Assembly (NCBI GenBank): GCA_944387545.1
Contig: CALXFE010000002.1
Coordinates: forward strand, 3,611 to 67,610
Length of the DNA: 64,000 nucleotides
Direction: 5' to 3'
DNA from: an uncultured Clostridia bacterium
Lineage (GTDB): Bacteria > Bacillota > Clostridia > TANB77 > CAG-508
Of the stretch, positions 31,553 through 41,553 are shown piece by piece. Each line of letters begins with the position of its first letter. The stretch's first letter is position 1. The notes under the pieces were generated by a model. That model had not been told where the DNA came from, made no database searches, and was given only the letters and a program-made list of their open reading frames with translations. The translations under genes were made by a program, and so were the position numbers.

Positions 31553-32260
31553 ATGTATAATATATTAGTTGTTGATGATGATAAAGAAATTGTAAATGCT
31601 ATTGAAATCTATTTATCACAAGAAGGATATCATATTATCAAAGCTTATGATGGAGAAGAAGCTTTAGAAAAGCTAAAAGAAAATGAGATTCACTTAATTA
31701 TTCTAGATATTATGATGCCCAATAAAGATGGAATCGAAACATTGCAGGAAATTAGAAAAGATAAAACCATCCCTGTTATTATGTTGTCAGCAAAATCAGA
31801 AGACTATGATAAGATTTCAGGATTAAATACAGGTGCTGATGACTATGTTACAAAACCATTTAATCCATTAGAATTAATTGCAAGAGTAAAATCTAACATT
31901 AGAAGATATGTAGATTTTAATCATACAACTGTAAGAAATGAATCCAAAACAGAAAAACTGTTAAAAACAGGAACATTAGAGATGAATGATGAAACAAAGA
32001 AAGTGACAGTGGATGCAAAAGAAATAAAATTGACAGCAACAGAGTATAATATCTTAAAATTTCTATTAAAGAATAAAGGAAAAGTATATTCTATAGAACA
32101 AATTTATGAAAATGTATGGAATGAAGAAAGTTATGGTGCAGAAAACATCATAGCTGTACATATCAGACATATAAGAGAAAAAATAGAAATTAATCCCAAA
32201 GACCCCAAATATTTAAAAGTCATCTGGGGAATTGGGTATAAAGTAGAAGATATAAAATAA
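31553..32260 (+). CDS. OmpR-family response regulator
   Basis: LVVDDD, LDIMMP, GADDYVTKPF, winged-helix VWGIGY-like end. Confidence 0.95.
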   Translation: MYNILVVDDDKEIVNAIEIYLSQEGYHIIKAYDGEEALEKLKENEIHLIILDIMMPNKDGIETLQEIRKDKTIPVIMLSAKSEDYDKISGLNTGADDYVTKPFNPLELIARVKSNIRRYVDFNHTTVRNESKTEKLLKTGTLEMNDETKKVTVDAKEIKLTATEYNILKFLLKNKGKVYSIEQIYENVWNEESYGAENIIAVHIRHIREKIEINPKDPKYLKVIWGIGYKVEDIK

Positions 32261-32382
32261 TAGATAATAAATAGAAAATATATGAATGATTATGGGTAAT
32301 CAAAAGAAGGAACGTGTAAAAACATAAGAAAAGAATAGAGAAAAAATAGATAAAGAGGAATAACAAAAAAGAAGGTGAATAT

Positions 32383-34467
32383 ATGCAAAATGTAAGAGAA
32401 TCCATATTATTAAAATTTTTATGTTATATATTGATTCCTGCTATGATTTTTGTCTTAGCAATTAGCATTATTGATGTATCCATTACTTCACAATATGGAG
32501 AAATGGAAGGACCAGAAGAATATATTGAAACAGAAGAATTTGGAAGAGAATATTTATTAACATTAATCTATAATGTTCGAGGGATTAACAATGACAAGAG
32601 AAAAATGAAAGTAAACACAGAAAATACAAATACCTTAGAAACATCTGAAAGACCATCACAAACGACAAGTGAAAATCCATATGATAATTATAGTGAAATA
32701 GAAGATGAAAGTTATGCATATCCAGTCTATTATGAAGTGATAAATTATAATAATACGATGATAAGCCAATATATTCAGTATATTATTATTGATAAAGAAA
32801 ATGGTAATATGTTTACCAATATTAGGTCAAACAATTATCCAGAAGAAATAAATAAATTGCAATCAGAAAAAACCAACTGGAGTTATCAAGATGGAAAAAT
32901 AACAACCAACATTCATACAATTAACCAAGAAAGTACCAAATATATAACATCATCTAGCTATTCAATTGATAATTTTGAAGGATATGAGGTATATTCTAAT
33001 ATAGACCCGACGGCACTAACTTATTCAAATACTTTATATGTGCAACAGACAGTATATAATATATTTAAAGAACATGAAAACTTACCTGCGTATTTAATAC
33101 CATTGTCAGCGATTTCAATTATTATTATGATTGTGTATTTAATTTGGGCGACAGGACATGAAAAAGGAAAAGAAGGCATTCAATTAAATAGTATTGATAG
33201 AATTTCTTATGAAATCATTTCTATTGTAATTATGATTGTCATTGGTATGATGATGAGCTTTGCAATTGCGAGTGTAGAAACACAAATTCCACAAAAGATT
33301 TTAATATCTGTATTTTTACTATGTTACTTAATTGGATATGCATGTTTGGCAGTATGGGTTAGTACCACAATTAGAAGACTAAAAGCAAAACAATTTATCC
33401 GTTCATTCTTAACCTACAAAATTTGTAGATGGATAAAAGTAACGATTCAAAAAATCTTTAGAAAAGTAACAGATAAAGAAAATACAAATCGTAAAATCAC
33501 AATTATTTATTGGGGATTTGTTGCTATTAGTATGATATTAGCATGTACTATGTGGAGCGGAATTGGTTTTATTGCATTGATTGCTTTTTGGGTATGGGTA
33601 TATTACAAATTGCTACAATATAATAAAAAAGTACAAAAAATCAATGAAGCCTTAAGAAATATATATGAAGGAAATCCAAATGTAAAATTAAATGAAGAAG
33701 AATTAGAAGGAACATTAAAAATCATGGCAAAATATATTAATGACATTGCAGGCGGATTTACCAATGCGATTGATCAAAGTTTAAAATCTGAGAGATTAAA
33801 AACAGAACTGATTACAAATGTATCACATGATATCAAAACACCATTAACATCTATTATCAATTATGTGGATTTATTGAAAAAAGAAGATATCCATAATGCC
33901 CAAATAGAACAATACATTGCAGTATTAGATAAAAAATCACAAAGATTAAAGAAATTGATAGAAGATTTAGTAGAAGCATCAAAAGTATCATCTGGAAATG
34001 TGACATTAAATATAGAAACAATTAACCTAAAAGAGTTATTAAATCAAACTGTAGGAGAATTTGAAGATAAATTAGAAAAGAAAAAATTAAAACTAGAAAT
34101 GGATTTACCAAATGAAAATGTATTCATTAAAGCAGATAATCGATATTTATATAGAGTTATCGAAAATGTATTTAGTAATATTTCAAAATATGCTTTAGAA
34201 GGTTCTAGAGTCTATATAAATTTATATGAAGAAAATAAAAATGTTAAATTAGAAATAAAAAATATATCAAAAGAGAAATTAAATATTAGTGCAGAAGAAT
34301 TAATGCAACGATTTGTAAGGGGAGATAAATCTAGATACACAGAAGGAAGTGGTTTGGGGCTTTCTATTGCAGAAAGTTTAACAGAATTACAAGGTGGAGA
34401 ATTTAAAATTGATATTGATGGTGATTTATTTAAAGTAGAAATTAAATGGAAAGGAACTGATATGTAA
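32383..34467 (+). CDS. Sensor histidine kinase
   Basis: Multi-TM N-terminus; NVSHDIKTPLTS H-box, N..KY, GSGLGL. Confidence 0.95.
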   Translation: MQNVRESILLKFLCYILIPAMIFVLAISIIDVSITSQYGEMEGPEEYIETEEFGREYLLTLIYNVRGINNDKRKMKVNTENTNTLETSERPSQTTSENPYDNYSEIEDESYAYPVYYEVINYNNTMISQYIQYIIIDKENGNMFTNIRSNNYPEEINKLQSEKTNWSYQDGKITTNIHTINQESTKYITSSSYSIDNFEGYEVYSNIDPTALTYSNTLYVQQTVYNIFKEHENLPAYLIPLSAISIIIMIVYLIWATGHEKGKEGIQLNSIDRISYEIISIVIMIVIGMMMSFAIASVETQIPQKILISVFLLCYLIGYACLAVWVSTTIRRLKAKQFIRSFLTYKICRWIKVTIQKIFRKVTDKENTNRKITIIYWGFVAISMILACTMWSGIGFIALIAFWVWVYYKLLQYNKKVQKINEALRNIYEGNPNVKLNEEELEGTLKIMAKYINDIAGGFTNAIDQSLKSERLKTELITNVSHDIKTPLTSIINYVDLLKKEDIHNAQIEQYIAVLDKKSQRLKKLIEDLVEASKVSSGNVTLNIETINLKELLNQTVGEFEDKLEKKKLKLEMDLPNENVFIKADNRYLYRVIENVFSNISKYALEGSRVYINLYEENKNVKLEIKNISKEKLNISAEELMQRFVRGDKSRYTEGSGLGLSIAESLTELQGGEFKIDIDGDLFKVEIKWKGTDM

Positions 34468-34614
34468 GTTCCTTTCTTTTGTTTTTAAATACTTTATAGA
34501 ATCCGCTCATTCAAATGTCGAAAACTTCTAATAAAACGACAAAACTTCCTATTTTTCGCTCTTGGAAAATAATGGAAAAAGGAATATAATACCAAAAGAA
34601 TATTAAAGGAGGAT

Positions 34615-34938
34615 ATGATGGAATCAAAATTTTATGAAGAGGACAAGTTATTGGTATTTAGAATAACGGAAGAAATTGATGATTTTAGTGTTCAAAAGAT
34701 AAGGAGGAGGGCTGATTATGAAATTGAAAGATATATGCCTAAAAAAGTTGTATTTGATTTTGATCGTGTTACATTCATGGATAGCGCAGGGATAGGACTC
34801 ATTATAGGAAGGTATAAATTTGCCAAAATGTTAGGAGGAACCGTTGAACTTGCCAATTTAACAAATAGTATCAAAAAAATATTTGAAATGAGTGGCATTT
34901 TAAGATTAATACCTGTCACCAATTTAGAAATTATATAG
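34615..34938 (+). CDS. spoIIAA: Anti-sigma F factor antagonist
   Basis: STAS domain FMDSAGIG..GRYK; first gene of spoIIA operon. Confidence 0.93.
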   Translation: MMESKFYEEDKLLVFRITEEIDDFSVQKIRRRADYEIERYMPKKVVFDFDRVTFMDSAGIGLIIGRYKFAKMLGGTVELANLTNSIKKIFEMSGILRLIPVTNLEII

Positions 34939-35022
34939 GCGCATAGAAGCATGTTTCATAACAAAAAAGGTTTATAGGTAATACCGAATAAAAAACCTAA
35001 ATATATATTAAAGGTAAGAAAA

Positions 35023-35505
35023 ATGAAAAGTGAAATTGAAAATGAAATGAAATTAGAATTTATTAGTAAATCTGCAAATGAAGCATTTGCAAGAATTACG
35101 GTTGCAGCTTTTGCATCACAATTGGATCCTACGATAGAAGAATTAGCAGATATAAAAACAGCAGTTTCTGAAGCGGTTACCAATTGTATTATTCATGGAT
35201 ATGACAAAAAACAAGGAATTGTCAAAATATTTGCAAGACTAAAAGAAAATGAAATTATGATAGAAATATCAGATAAGGGAAAAGGAATAGAAAATATCGA
35301 TATAGCAAAAGAACCTCTATATACGACAAAACCAAATCTAGAAAGATCAGGAATGGGATTTACAATAATGGAAAGCTTTATGGATACAGTAGATGTTGAA
35401 TCTGTTGTTGGATTAGGAACAAAAGTAACGATGAGAAAAATAATAAAAAATAAGATGGAAAATGACGAGGCAGATGATGAGTTTGAAATGATTACAAAAG
35501 AATAG
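35023..35505 (+). CDS. spoIIAB: Anti-sigma F factor
   Basis: [36 protein letters not shown]. Confidence 0.96.
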   Translation: MKSEIENEMKLEFISKSANEAFARITVAAFASQLDPTIEELADIKTAVSEAVTNCIIHGYDKKQGIVKIFARLKENEIMIEISDKGKGIENIDIAKEPLYTTKPNLERSGMGFTIMESFMDTVDVESVVGLGTKVTMRKIIKNKMENDEADDEFEMITKE

Positions 35506-35514
35506 AGGTATACT

Positions 35515-36243
35515 ATGTTTGAAAACAGTGTTGAAGCAATCAAAAAGGCACAATCTGGCGATAAATATGAATTAGAAAAAATGATCAGAGATAACAATGG
35601 CCTTATATGGAGTATTGTCAAAAGATTTAATGGGAGAGGATACGAGTTAGAAGATTTATACCAGATTGGATGTATGGGATTTATAAAGTCAATTAAAAGA
35701 TTTGACACCAATTATGATGTGAAATTATCTACATATGCCGTTCCCTATATGATTGGAGAAATTAAAAGATATATAAGAGATGATGGACCAATAAAAGTAA
35801 GTAGAGGCATAAAAGAATTAGGAATGAAAATAAGAGAACTACAAAAAGAAAGCATAAGCAAAAAAGGAAAGGAATTAACGATTGAAGAATTAGAAAAAGA
35901 ATTAAAGATATCAAAAGAAGATATCGGATTAGCACTGGAAGCGAATAATACAGTGGAATCCATTGATAGTAACTTTTATACAGACAATAAAGATGGAAAT
36001 TGTATTCAGTTAATAGAAAAAATTTCAACAGATAAAAACGAAGAAGAAATTATCACAAATAAATTAGCAATAAAACAATTAATAGAAGGACTAGATAATC
36101 GAGATAAAGAGCTTATATTACTAAGGTTTTATAAAGATAAAACACAATCTCAAGTAGCAAAAATTCTTGGAATTACACAAGTACAGGTTTCAAGATTAGA
36201 AAGAAAAATTCTAGATAAGATGAAAATGAAGCTAATTTCCTAA
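35515..36243 (+). CDS. sigF: Sporulation sigma factor F
   Basis: EDLYQIGC.G, STYAVP..IGEIKR..RDDG, QVQVSRLE; follows spoIIAB. Confidence 0.92.
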   Translation: MFENSVEAIKKAQSGDKYELEKMIRDNNGLIWSIVKRFNGRGYELEDLYQIGCMGFIKSIKRFDTNYDVKLSTYAVPYMIGEIKRYIRDDGPIKVSRGIKELGMKIRELQKESISKKGKELTIEELEKELKISKEDIGLALEANNTVESIDSNFYTDNKDGNCIQLIEKISTDKNEEEIITNKLAIKQLIEGLDNRDKELILLRFYKDKTQSQVAKILGITQVQVSRLERKILDKMKMKLIS

Positions 36244-36256
36244 AGAAGGTGATCAA

Positions 36257-37273
36257 TTGAAAAAAGTTTTTATCTATTTTTTTGTTTTTTTATTTATCTG
36301 TTTCATTCTACCAGCATTATTAACCAAATGGGAAACCAGTACATATTCAGAAGCCAGCAGTGAGAATGAAGAAAATCCAAAAGAAGCATCAGAAGAAGCT
36401 TCAGATGCATATGTATATAATCAATATGGAACCATAAAGTTATTACATGCAGATACAAATGAAGTCGAAGAAGTAGCATTAGACAGCTATCTTTGTAATG
36501 TTGTATCAGCAGAAATGCCAGTAGATTTTGAAAAAGAAGCATTAAAAGCACAAGCAATTGTTGCAAGAACCTATACAATTTACAAAATGCATTACCAAAA
36601 ACATGATAATGCAGACATTTGTGATGATTCTACTTGTTGTCAAGCTTGGATTTCAAAAGAAGATCGATTTGCTAGATGGGATGGAGATAAAGAAGCAAAA
36701 TGGGATAAAATTGAAGAATGTGTCAATGAAACAAAGGGAAAAGTAATCACTTATGAAAATCAACCGATTAATGCTTTTTTTCATTCCAATAGTGGAGGAA
36801 AGACAGAACTACCAGTAGATGTATGGGGTGGAGGCAGTAATATGCCATATCTCCAAGTAGTAGAAACATTAGGAGAAGAAGGATATACGCAATATAATTC
36901 AGAAGTAGAATTAACAAATGAAGAAATTTTAGAAAAATTAAAACAAAAGTATGCAGATATTCAAATTGACTTTAATAATAATGAAGATATCAAAATATTA
37001 GAATATACAAGTAGTGGAAGAGTAAAAACTATAAAATTTGGAAATCATGAAATTTCAGGAACAGAAGCTAGAAGTATATTTGGATTGAAATCTACAAATT
37101 TTGAATTCGTAAAAGAAGAGGGAAAAATAAAATTTATCGTCAAAGGATATGGTCATGGTGTAGGAATGAGTCAAACTGGAGCAGACAGTATGGCAAAAAG
37201 TGGTAGTACGGCAGAAGAAATTATTCAGCATTTTTATGTCGGTGTAGAGATTAAGGAAGTTAATTCTCTGTGA
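36257..37273 (+). CDS. spoIID: Stage II sporulation protein D (lytic transglycosylase)
   Basis: AEMP..FE.EALKAQAIVARTY, CQAW, GYGHGVGMSQ.GA; TTG start. Confidence 0.93.
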   Translation: MKKVFIYFFVFLFICFILPALLTKWETSTYSEASSENEENPKEASEEASDAYVYNQYGTIKLLHADTNEVEEVALDSYLCNVVSAEMPVDFEKEALKAQAIVARTYTIYKMHYQKHDNADICDDSTCCQAWISKEDRFARWDGDKEAKWDKIEECVNETKGKVITYENQPINAFFHSNSGGKTELPVDVWGGGSNMPYLQVVETLGEEGYTQYNSEVELTNEEILEKLKQKYADIQIDFNNNEDIKILEYTSSGRVKTIKFGNHEISGTEARSIFGLKSTNFEFVKEEGKIKFIVKGYGHGVGMSQTGADSMAKSGSTAEEIIQHFYVGVEIKEVNSL

Positions 37274-37275
37274 TT

Positions 37276-37475
37276 TGGCAGTTTCTAAAAACATATTATA
37301 TATTTTATTTATTACTCGGTTAACATTACATTATAAAGAAATTTTAAAGATAGCTAATAGGCACCTCTCAAAGAAAATTTGAGATTCTCCTATTAGCTAT
37401 CTTAATAATTTCTAATATAATTTCATTCACATTCGTAATTTCATAAAATATATAATATGTTTTTAGAAACTGCCA
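37276..37475. repeat. Long-hairpin element copy 2 (reverse orientation to copy 1)
   Basis: Perfect 33-bp outer stem 37276-37308/37443-37475; 15-bp inner stem 37347-37361/37389-37403; bubbles match copy 1. Confidence 0.82.
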
Positions 37476-37567
37476 GCATTTATAATAAACAAAAAAATAT
37501 TTTAAAAATGTATAATCTTTTTAAAAAAGGAAATACTTGTAATAACAAAGTATTTAAGGAGGATTAT

Positions 37568-38392
37568 ATGAGAAGAAATATGAATTTAAAAAATGTAAAG
37601 GAAAAAAATATAAATGATAAGATAATTTCATATATTGTTGTTGGAACAATTATAGTAGCTATCATTATTATTTCATTGTTATTATATAGCCAAAAAATAA
37701 ATAAAGATGTGAAAGATGAAACGATGTCATTAGGACAAATGGCAAATATAATAGGAGATACAGATGAAAATGATGAAGAAACAGAAAGTGCTAGTACAGA
37801 CATTGGTAAAACAGTTGAAGAGAGCGAAAAAGACAGCGAAGAACAAACCGGTGGAGAAAATGTACAAGCTCAAGAAAATGAAAATACGACACCGAGTGAA
37901 CCTGTAACAAGTAGTACAAATACCAGTAATACAGCACAAAATACAACAAGTGCAGAATCAAAAACAGAAAAACAAGAAATAAAGGAGCTTAGTTTTCAAA
38001 AACCAGTAGAAGGTGAAATCATACGAGAATTTGCACAAGATAATTTAATATATTCACAAACATTAGAAGAATGGGTAACACATAATGGGATAGATATAAA
38101 AGCAGATAAAACAACAGTAGTAAAAGCAGCTGAAGCAGGTGTTATAAAATCAATAAAAAATGATCCTAGATATGGATTAACCATTGTAATACAACATGAT
38201 GATGTATATCAAACTGTATATTCGAATTTATTGACGGCAGAATTTGTGGTTGAAGGAGAAACAGTAGAAAAAGGACAATCTATTGGTACAGTAGGAAATA
38301 GTGCTGTATTTGAAATCGCTGATGAACCACATTTACATTTTGAAATATTAAAAAATTCTATACAGGAAGATCCATCAATTTATATAAAATAG
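37568..38392 (+). CDS. M23 peptidase, SpoIIQ-like
   Basis: N-terminal TM, low-complexity linker, H.GID and HLHFE motifs; follows spoIID. Confidence 0.85.
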   Translation: MRRNMNLKNVKEKNINDKIISYIVVGTIIVAIIIISLLLYSQKINKDVKDETMSLGQMANIIGDTDENDEETESASTDIGKTVEESEKDSEEQTGGENVQAQENENTTPSEPVTSSTNTSNTAQNTTSAESKTEKQEIKELSFQKPVEGEIIREFAQDNLIYSQTLEEWVTHNGIDIKADKTTVVKAAEAGVIKSIKNDPRYGLTIVIQHDDVYQTVYSNLLTAEFVVEGETVEKGQSIGTVGNSAVFEIADEPHLHFEILKNSIQEDPSIYIK

Positions 38393-38458
38393 TAATTGAC
38401 TAAGAAATATATGTGTGGTAAAATAGGCTGGAAAAATAATAAAAGAAGGAATGAAGAA

Positions 38459-39550
38459 ATGAAATTAGGAATTGTTGGATTACCAAATGTAGGAAAAAGT
38501 ACATTATTTAATAGTATAACAAAAGCAGGTGCCGAGTGTGCGAATTATCCATTTTGTACAATTGAACCAAATGTTGGTGTTGTACCTGTTCCAGATGAAA
38601 GATTAGATGTATTAACAAAGATGTATCATCCTCAAAAAACAACACATGCTGTTATTGAATTTGTGGATATAGCAGGATTAGTAAAAGGTGCAAGTAGAGG
38701 AGAAGGTTTAGGAAATAAATTTTTATCACATATACGTGAAACAGATGCCATATGTGAAGTGGTAAGATGTTTTGAAGATTCTAATATTGTACATGTTGAT
38801 GGGAGTATAGATCCAATAAGAGATATTGAAACAATCAATTTAGAATTAATATTTGCAGATATAGAAACCGTTAATAAAAGACTAGAGAAAGCCAAGAAGA
38901 ATTTAAAAGCAGATAAAAAATATCAAGAGGAAATAGATGTACTTGAAAAGATAAAGGATACTCTAGAAAAAGGAATATCTGCTAGAGCAATTGATTTTAA
39001 TGAAGAAGAACAAACGTTAGTAAAAGATATGTTTTTATTAACAACAAAACCAATATTATATATTGCAAATGTTTCTGAGAATCAATTAAGTAATGCTGAA
39101 AATGACTTAAATGTCAAAAAAGTAAAGGAATATGCTGAAAAAGAAAAAGCAGAAGTCATACCTCTATGTGTGAAAGTGGAGGAAGAATTATCAGGATTAG
39201 ATGATAATGACAAAAAAGAAATGCTAGATATGTTAGGGTTAGAAGAGTCAGGATTAGATAAAGTGATAAAGAAAAGTTATGATTTACTTGGATTAATGTC
39301 ATTTCTAACAGCAGGAGAGCCAGAAGTAAGAGCATGGACAATCAAAAAAGGTACCAAAGCGCCACAAGCAGCAGGAAAAATCCATTCAGATATTGAAAGA
39401 GGTTTTATAAAAGCAGAAGTTGTTTCATTCAAAGATTTAATAGAACAAGGTTCAATGGCTTCGGCTAAAGAAAAGGGATTAGTAAGATCAGAAGGTAAAG
39501 AATATGTCATGCAAGATGGAGATATTGTGTTATTTAAATTTAATGTGTAA
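38459..39550 (+). CDS. ychF: Redox-regulated ATPase YchF
   Basis: GIVGLPNVGKSTLFN, NYPFCTIEPN, DIAGLV, TGS-domain end FKFNV. Confidence 0.98.
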   Translation: MKLGIVGLPNVGKSTLFNSITKAGAECANYPFCTIEPNVGVVPVPDERLDVLTKMYHPQKTTHAVIEFVDIAGLVKGASRGEGLGNKFLSHIRETDAICEVVRCFEDSNIVHVDGSIDPIRDIETINLELIFADIETVNKRLEKAKKNLKADKKYQEEIDVLEKIKDTLEKGISARAIDFNEEEQTLVKDMFLLTTKPILYIANVSENQLSNAENDLNVKKVKEYAEKEKAEVIPLCVKVEEELSGLDDNDKKEMLDMLGLEESGLDKVIKKSYDLLGLMSFLTAGEPEVRAWTIKKGTKAPQAAGKIHSDIERGFIKAEVVSFKDLIEQGSMASAKEKGLVRSEGKEYVMQDGDIVLFKFNV

Positions 39551-39748
39551 TAAAGTGTAATTTTTCTGTAATAAAAATGTAATAAAAAAAAAGAAAAAAA
39601 CTATTGACTAAAAAATAAAATAAGTATATTATATTTATAGTGTAAACAAAAGATAATAGTGTGTTTGTAAACTTGCAATTATTAAAAAAACGTGCTATAA
39701 TAATAATTGTTTATAGAGAAAAATAGATATGAAGTAAGGAGAGGTAAT

Positions 39749-40135
39749 ATGAAAAAATCAATTATTTTAAAAAGTTTTTTAGTAATTTTAGTTAGTGCAA
39801 TGCTTGTATTTATGACATCATCAGTATATGCAGCAACATCACCAGAAGATGGAGAATTTCCAGATATATTAGAAGAGAACACTTCATCAAATAGTGCAAA
39901 TACGAATACAAATTCAAATTCAAATACAAATAGCAATAGTGCGAATACAAATTCTAATGTTCAAAACTTAAATGCTTTAAGAAATAATACAAGTAATAGA
40001 GTAAACAACACATCTAATACTTTACCAAAAACAGGTATACAAGATTCTTTACCAACAGTATTATTGGTTGTTGTATTTGCAATCTCAGCAATTTATGCAT
40101 ATAAAAAAATAAAAGATTATAGAAATATTGATTAA
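39749..40135 (+). CDS. Small Asn/Ser/Thr-rich LPXTG cell-wall protein
   Basis: Signal peptide, NTNSNS repeats, LPKTG + TM + basic tail. Confidence 0.85.
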   Translation: MKKSIILKSFLVILVSAMLVFMTSSVYAATSPEDGEFPDILEENTSSNSANTNTNSNSNTNSNSANTNSNVQNLNALRNNTSNRVNNTSNTLPKTGIQDSLPTVLLVVVFAISAIYAYKKIKDYRNID

Positions 40136-40155
40136 TAAATATAGAATTGAAGATG

Positions 40156-40866
40156 TTAAACATCTTCAATTTTTGCTTTTATAATGATTCTATTACCATT
40201 AAAATTATTACAAGTAACCAATGTTAATTCAAAAGAATCTGTAAGTGTATCATATACAGGAGACAAATCATCAGATTTTACTTCATAATTTTTAATGACA
40301 GAATATATATATTTATTATCAGAAATATCATATAAAAATATTTTATCACGAATATTTAATTGTCTAATTTTACTAAAGAATTTAGAATTATCATAATTAT
40401 GTCCTGCAATACATAAATTTGAATTTGTGGTATTAGTAGTTAATTCAGAAGGAAAATCTCCATAAAATCGACAAGGAGATGTTTGAAGTAAGTCATCACT
40501 TAATTCATTGAAAATAGGATAAGAAATATTTAAACTTGGAATTTCTATAACACCAATAATAGAATCTGGCTCAAGAGGAACGATTTCATCTGAAATACCA
40601 TTCTTATTATCGTTATGATTAGAATATAATTTGGTTATACTATAATTATTAATTAATAAGTTTGAAAAATTTTCTTTATTATTTAATGATATTTTATAAT
40701 ATATAAATAGAGAAATGATAATCAAAATAGCTAGCATAGAGAGAAAAAACTGAATATTAAATATTTTTTTATAAATCTTTTTTGTGGAAGGTGTTTCTTG
40801 CGCATTATTCATATCTTTTGAATTGTCAACATTTTTATTGAAATCAATATTTATAATTTGATTCAT
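40156..40866 (-). CDS. Sortase
   Basis: IGVIEIP, NLCIAGHN, LTLVTC, RII. Confidence 0.92.
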   Translation of the reverse strand: MNQIINIDFNKNVDNSKDMNNAQETPSTKKIYKKIFNIQFFLSMLAILIIISLFIYYKISLNNKENFSNLLINNYSITKLYSNHNDNKNGISDEIVPLEPDSIIGVIEIPSLNISYPIFNELSDDLLQTSPCRFYGDFPSELTTNTTNSNLCIAGHNYDNSKFFSKIRQLNIRDKIFLYDISDNKYIYSVIKNYEVKSDDLSPVYDTLTDSFELTLVTCNNFNGNRIIIKAKIEDV

Positions 40867-41036
40867 GATTTATCCTCCCATTATGTTTATCTAAATTTAT
40901 CTTATTTAATAGTATTTCCGAATAAAAATAAAATATGAGATTTAAAAATATTAAAAAATGGAAAATTATATTTTACTTGACAAATAAAAAATAGCGTATT
41001 AAAATAGTTAGGCAACGAACTAAAAGAGGTGTTGGT

Positions 41037-41480
41037 ATGGGGAAAAATGAAATTGGAAAATATATTCAAATTGTTTCTAGACAATTAAAAAGAAATATGG
41101 ACGAAACATTAAGCAAATACAATGTGACAGGGGTACAATCGATGCTGATAGGATATATTTATAAAAAATCAAAACAAGGAGAAGTCTTTGCCAAAGATAT
41201 TGAAGAAGAATTTGATATGAGAAAAGCAACTGTTACAGGAATTATACAATTAATGGAAAGCAACGGACTTATCATAAGAAAAGCAAAACAAGGAGATTGT
41301 AGATTAAAAAGTATTGCGTTAACCCCAAGAGCATTACAAATAGAAAAAATTGCAAAAAAACAAATTAACATAACGGAAAAAGAGATAGTAAAAGAAATGA
41401 CAAAAGAAGAACAAGAAATCTTTTTAAAATTGTTGAAAAAGGCCTCATATAATTTATGTAATTTGGAAGTCAAAAAATAA
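41037..41480 (+). CDS. MarR-family transcriptional regulator
   Basis: KDIE....KATVTGII..ME..GLI.R....D.R...LT. Confidence 0.9.
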   Translation: MGKNEIGKYIQIVSRQLKRNMDETLSKYNVTGVQSMLIGYIYKKSKQGEVFAKDIEEEFDMRKATVTGIIQLMESNGLIIRKAKQGDCRLKSIALTPRALQIEKIAKKQINITEKEIVKEMTKEEQEIFLKLLKKASYNLCNLEVKK

Positions 41481-41553
41481 AAGAGAAAGAAGTTTTTTAC
41501 TTAAAAATTACTTAAAATATCTTTTAGGGGAATATAAAAGAAAGGAGAGAAAT

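Noticed and set aside
34700-34711. AGG codons as a second shift signal (e.g. AGG-AGG-AGG in spoIIAA)
   Set aside because: In-frame AGG occurs in intact genes with no frame break
37457-37567. N-terminal extension of the M23 ORF
   Set aside because: Starts inside the hairpin arm; RBS aaggagg supports ATG 37568
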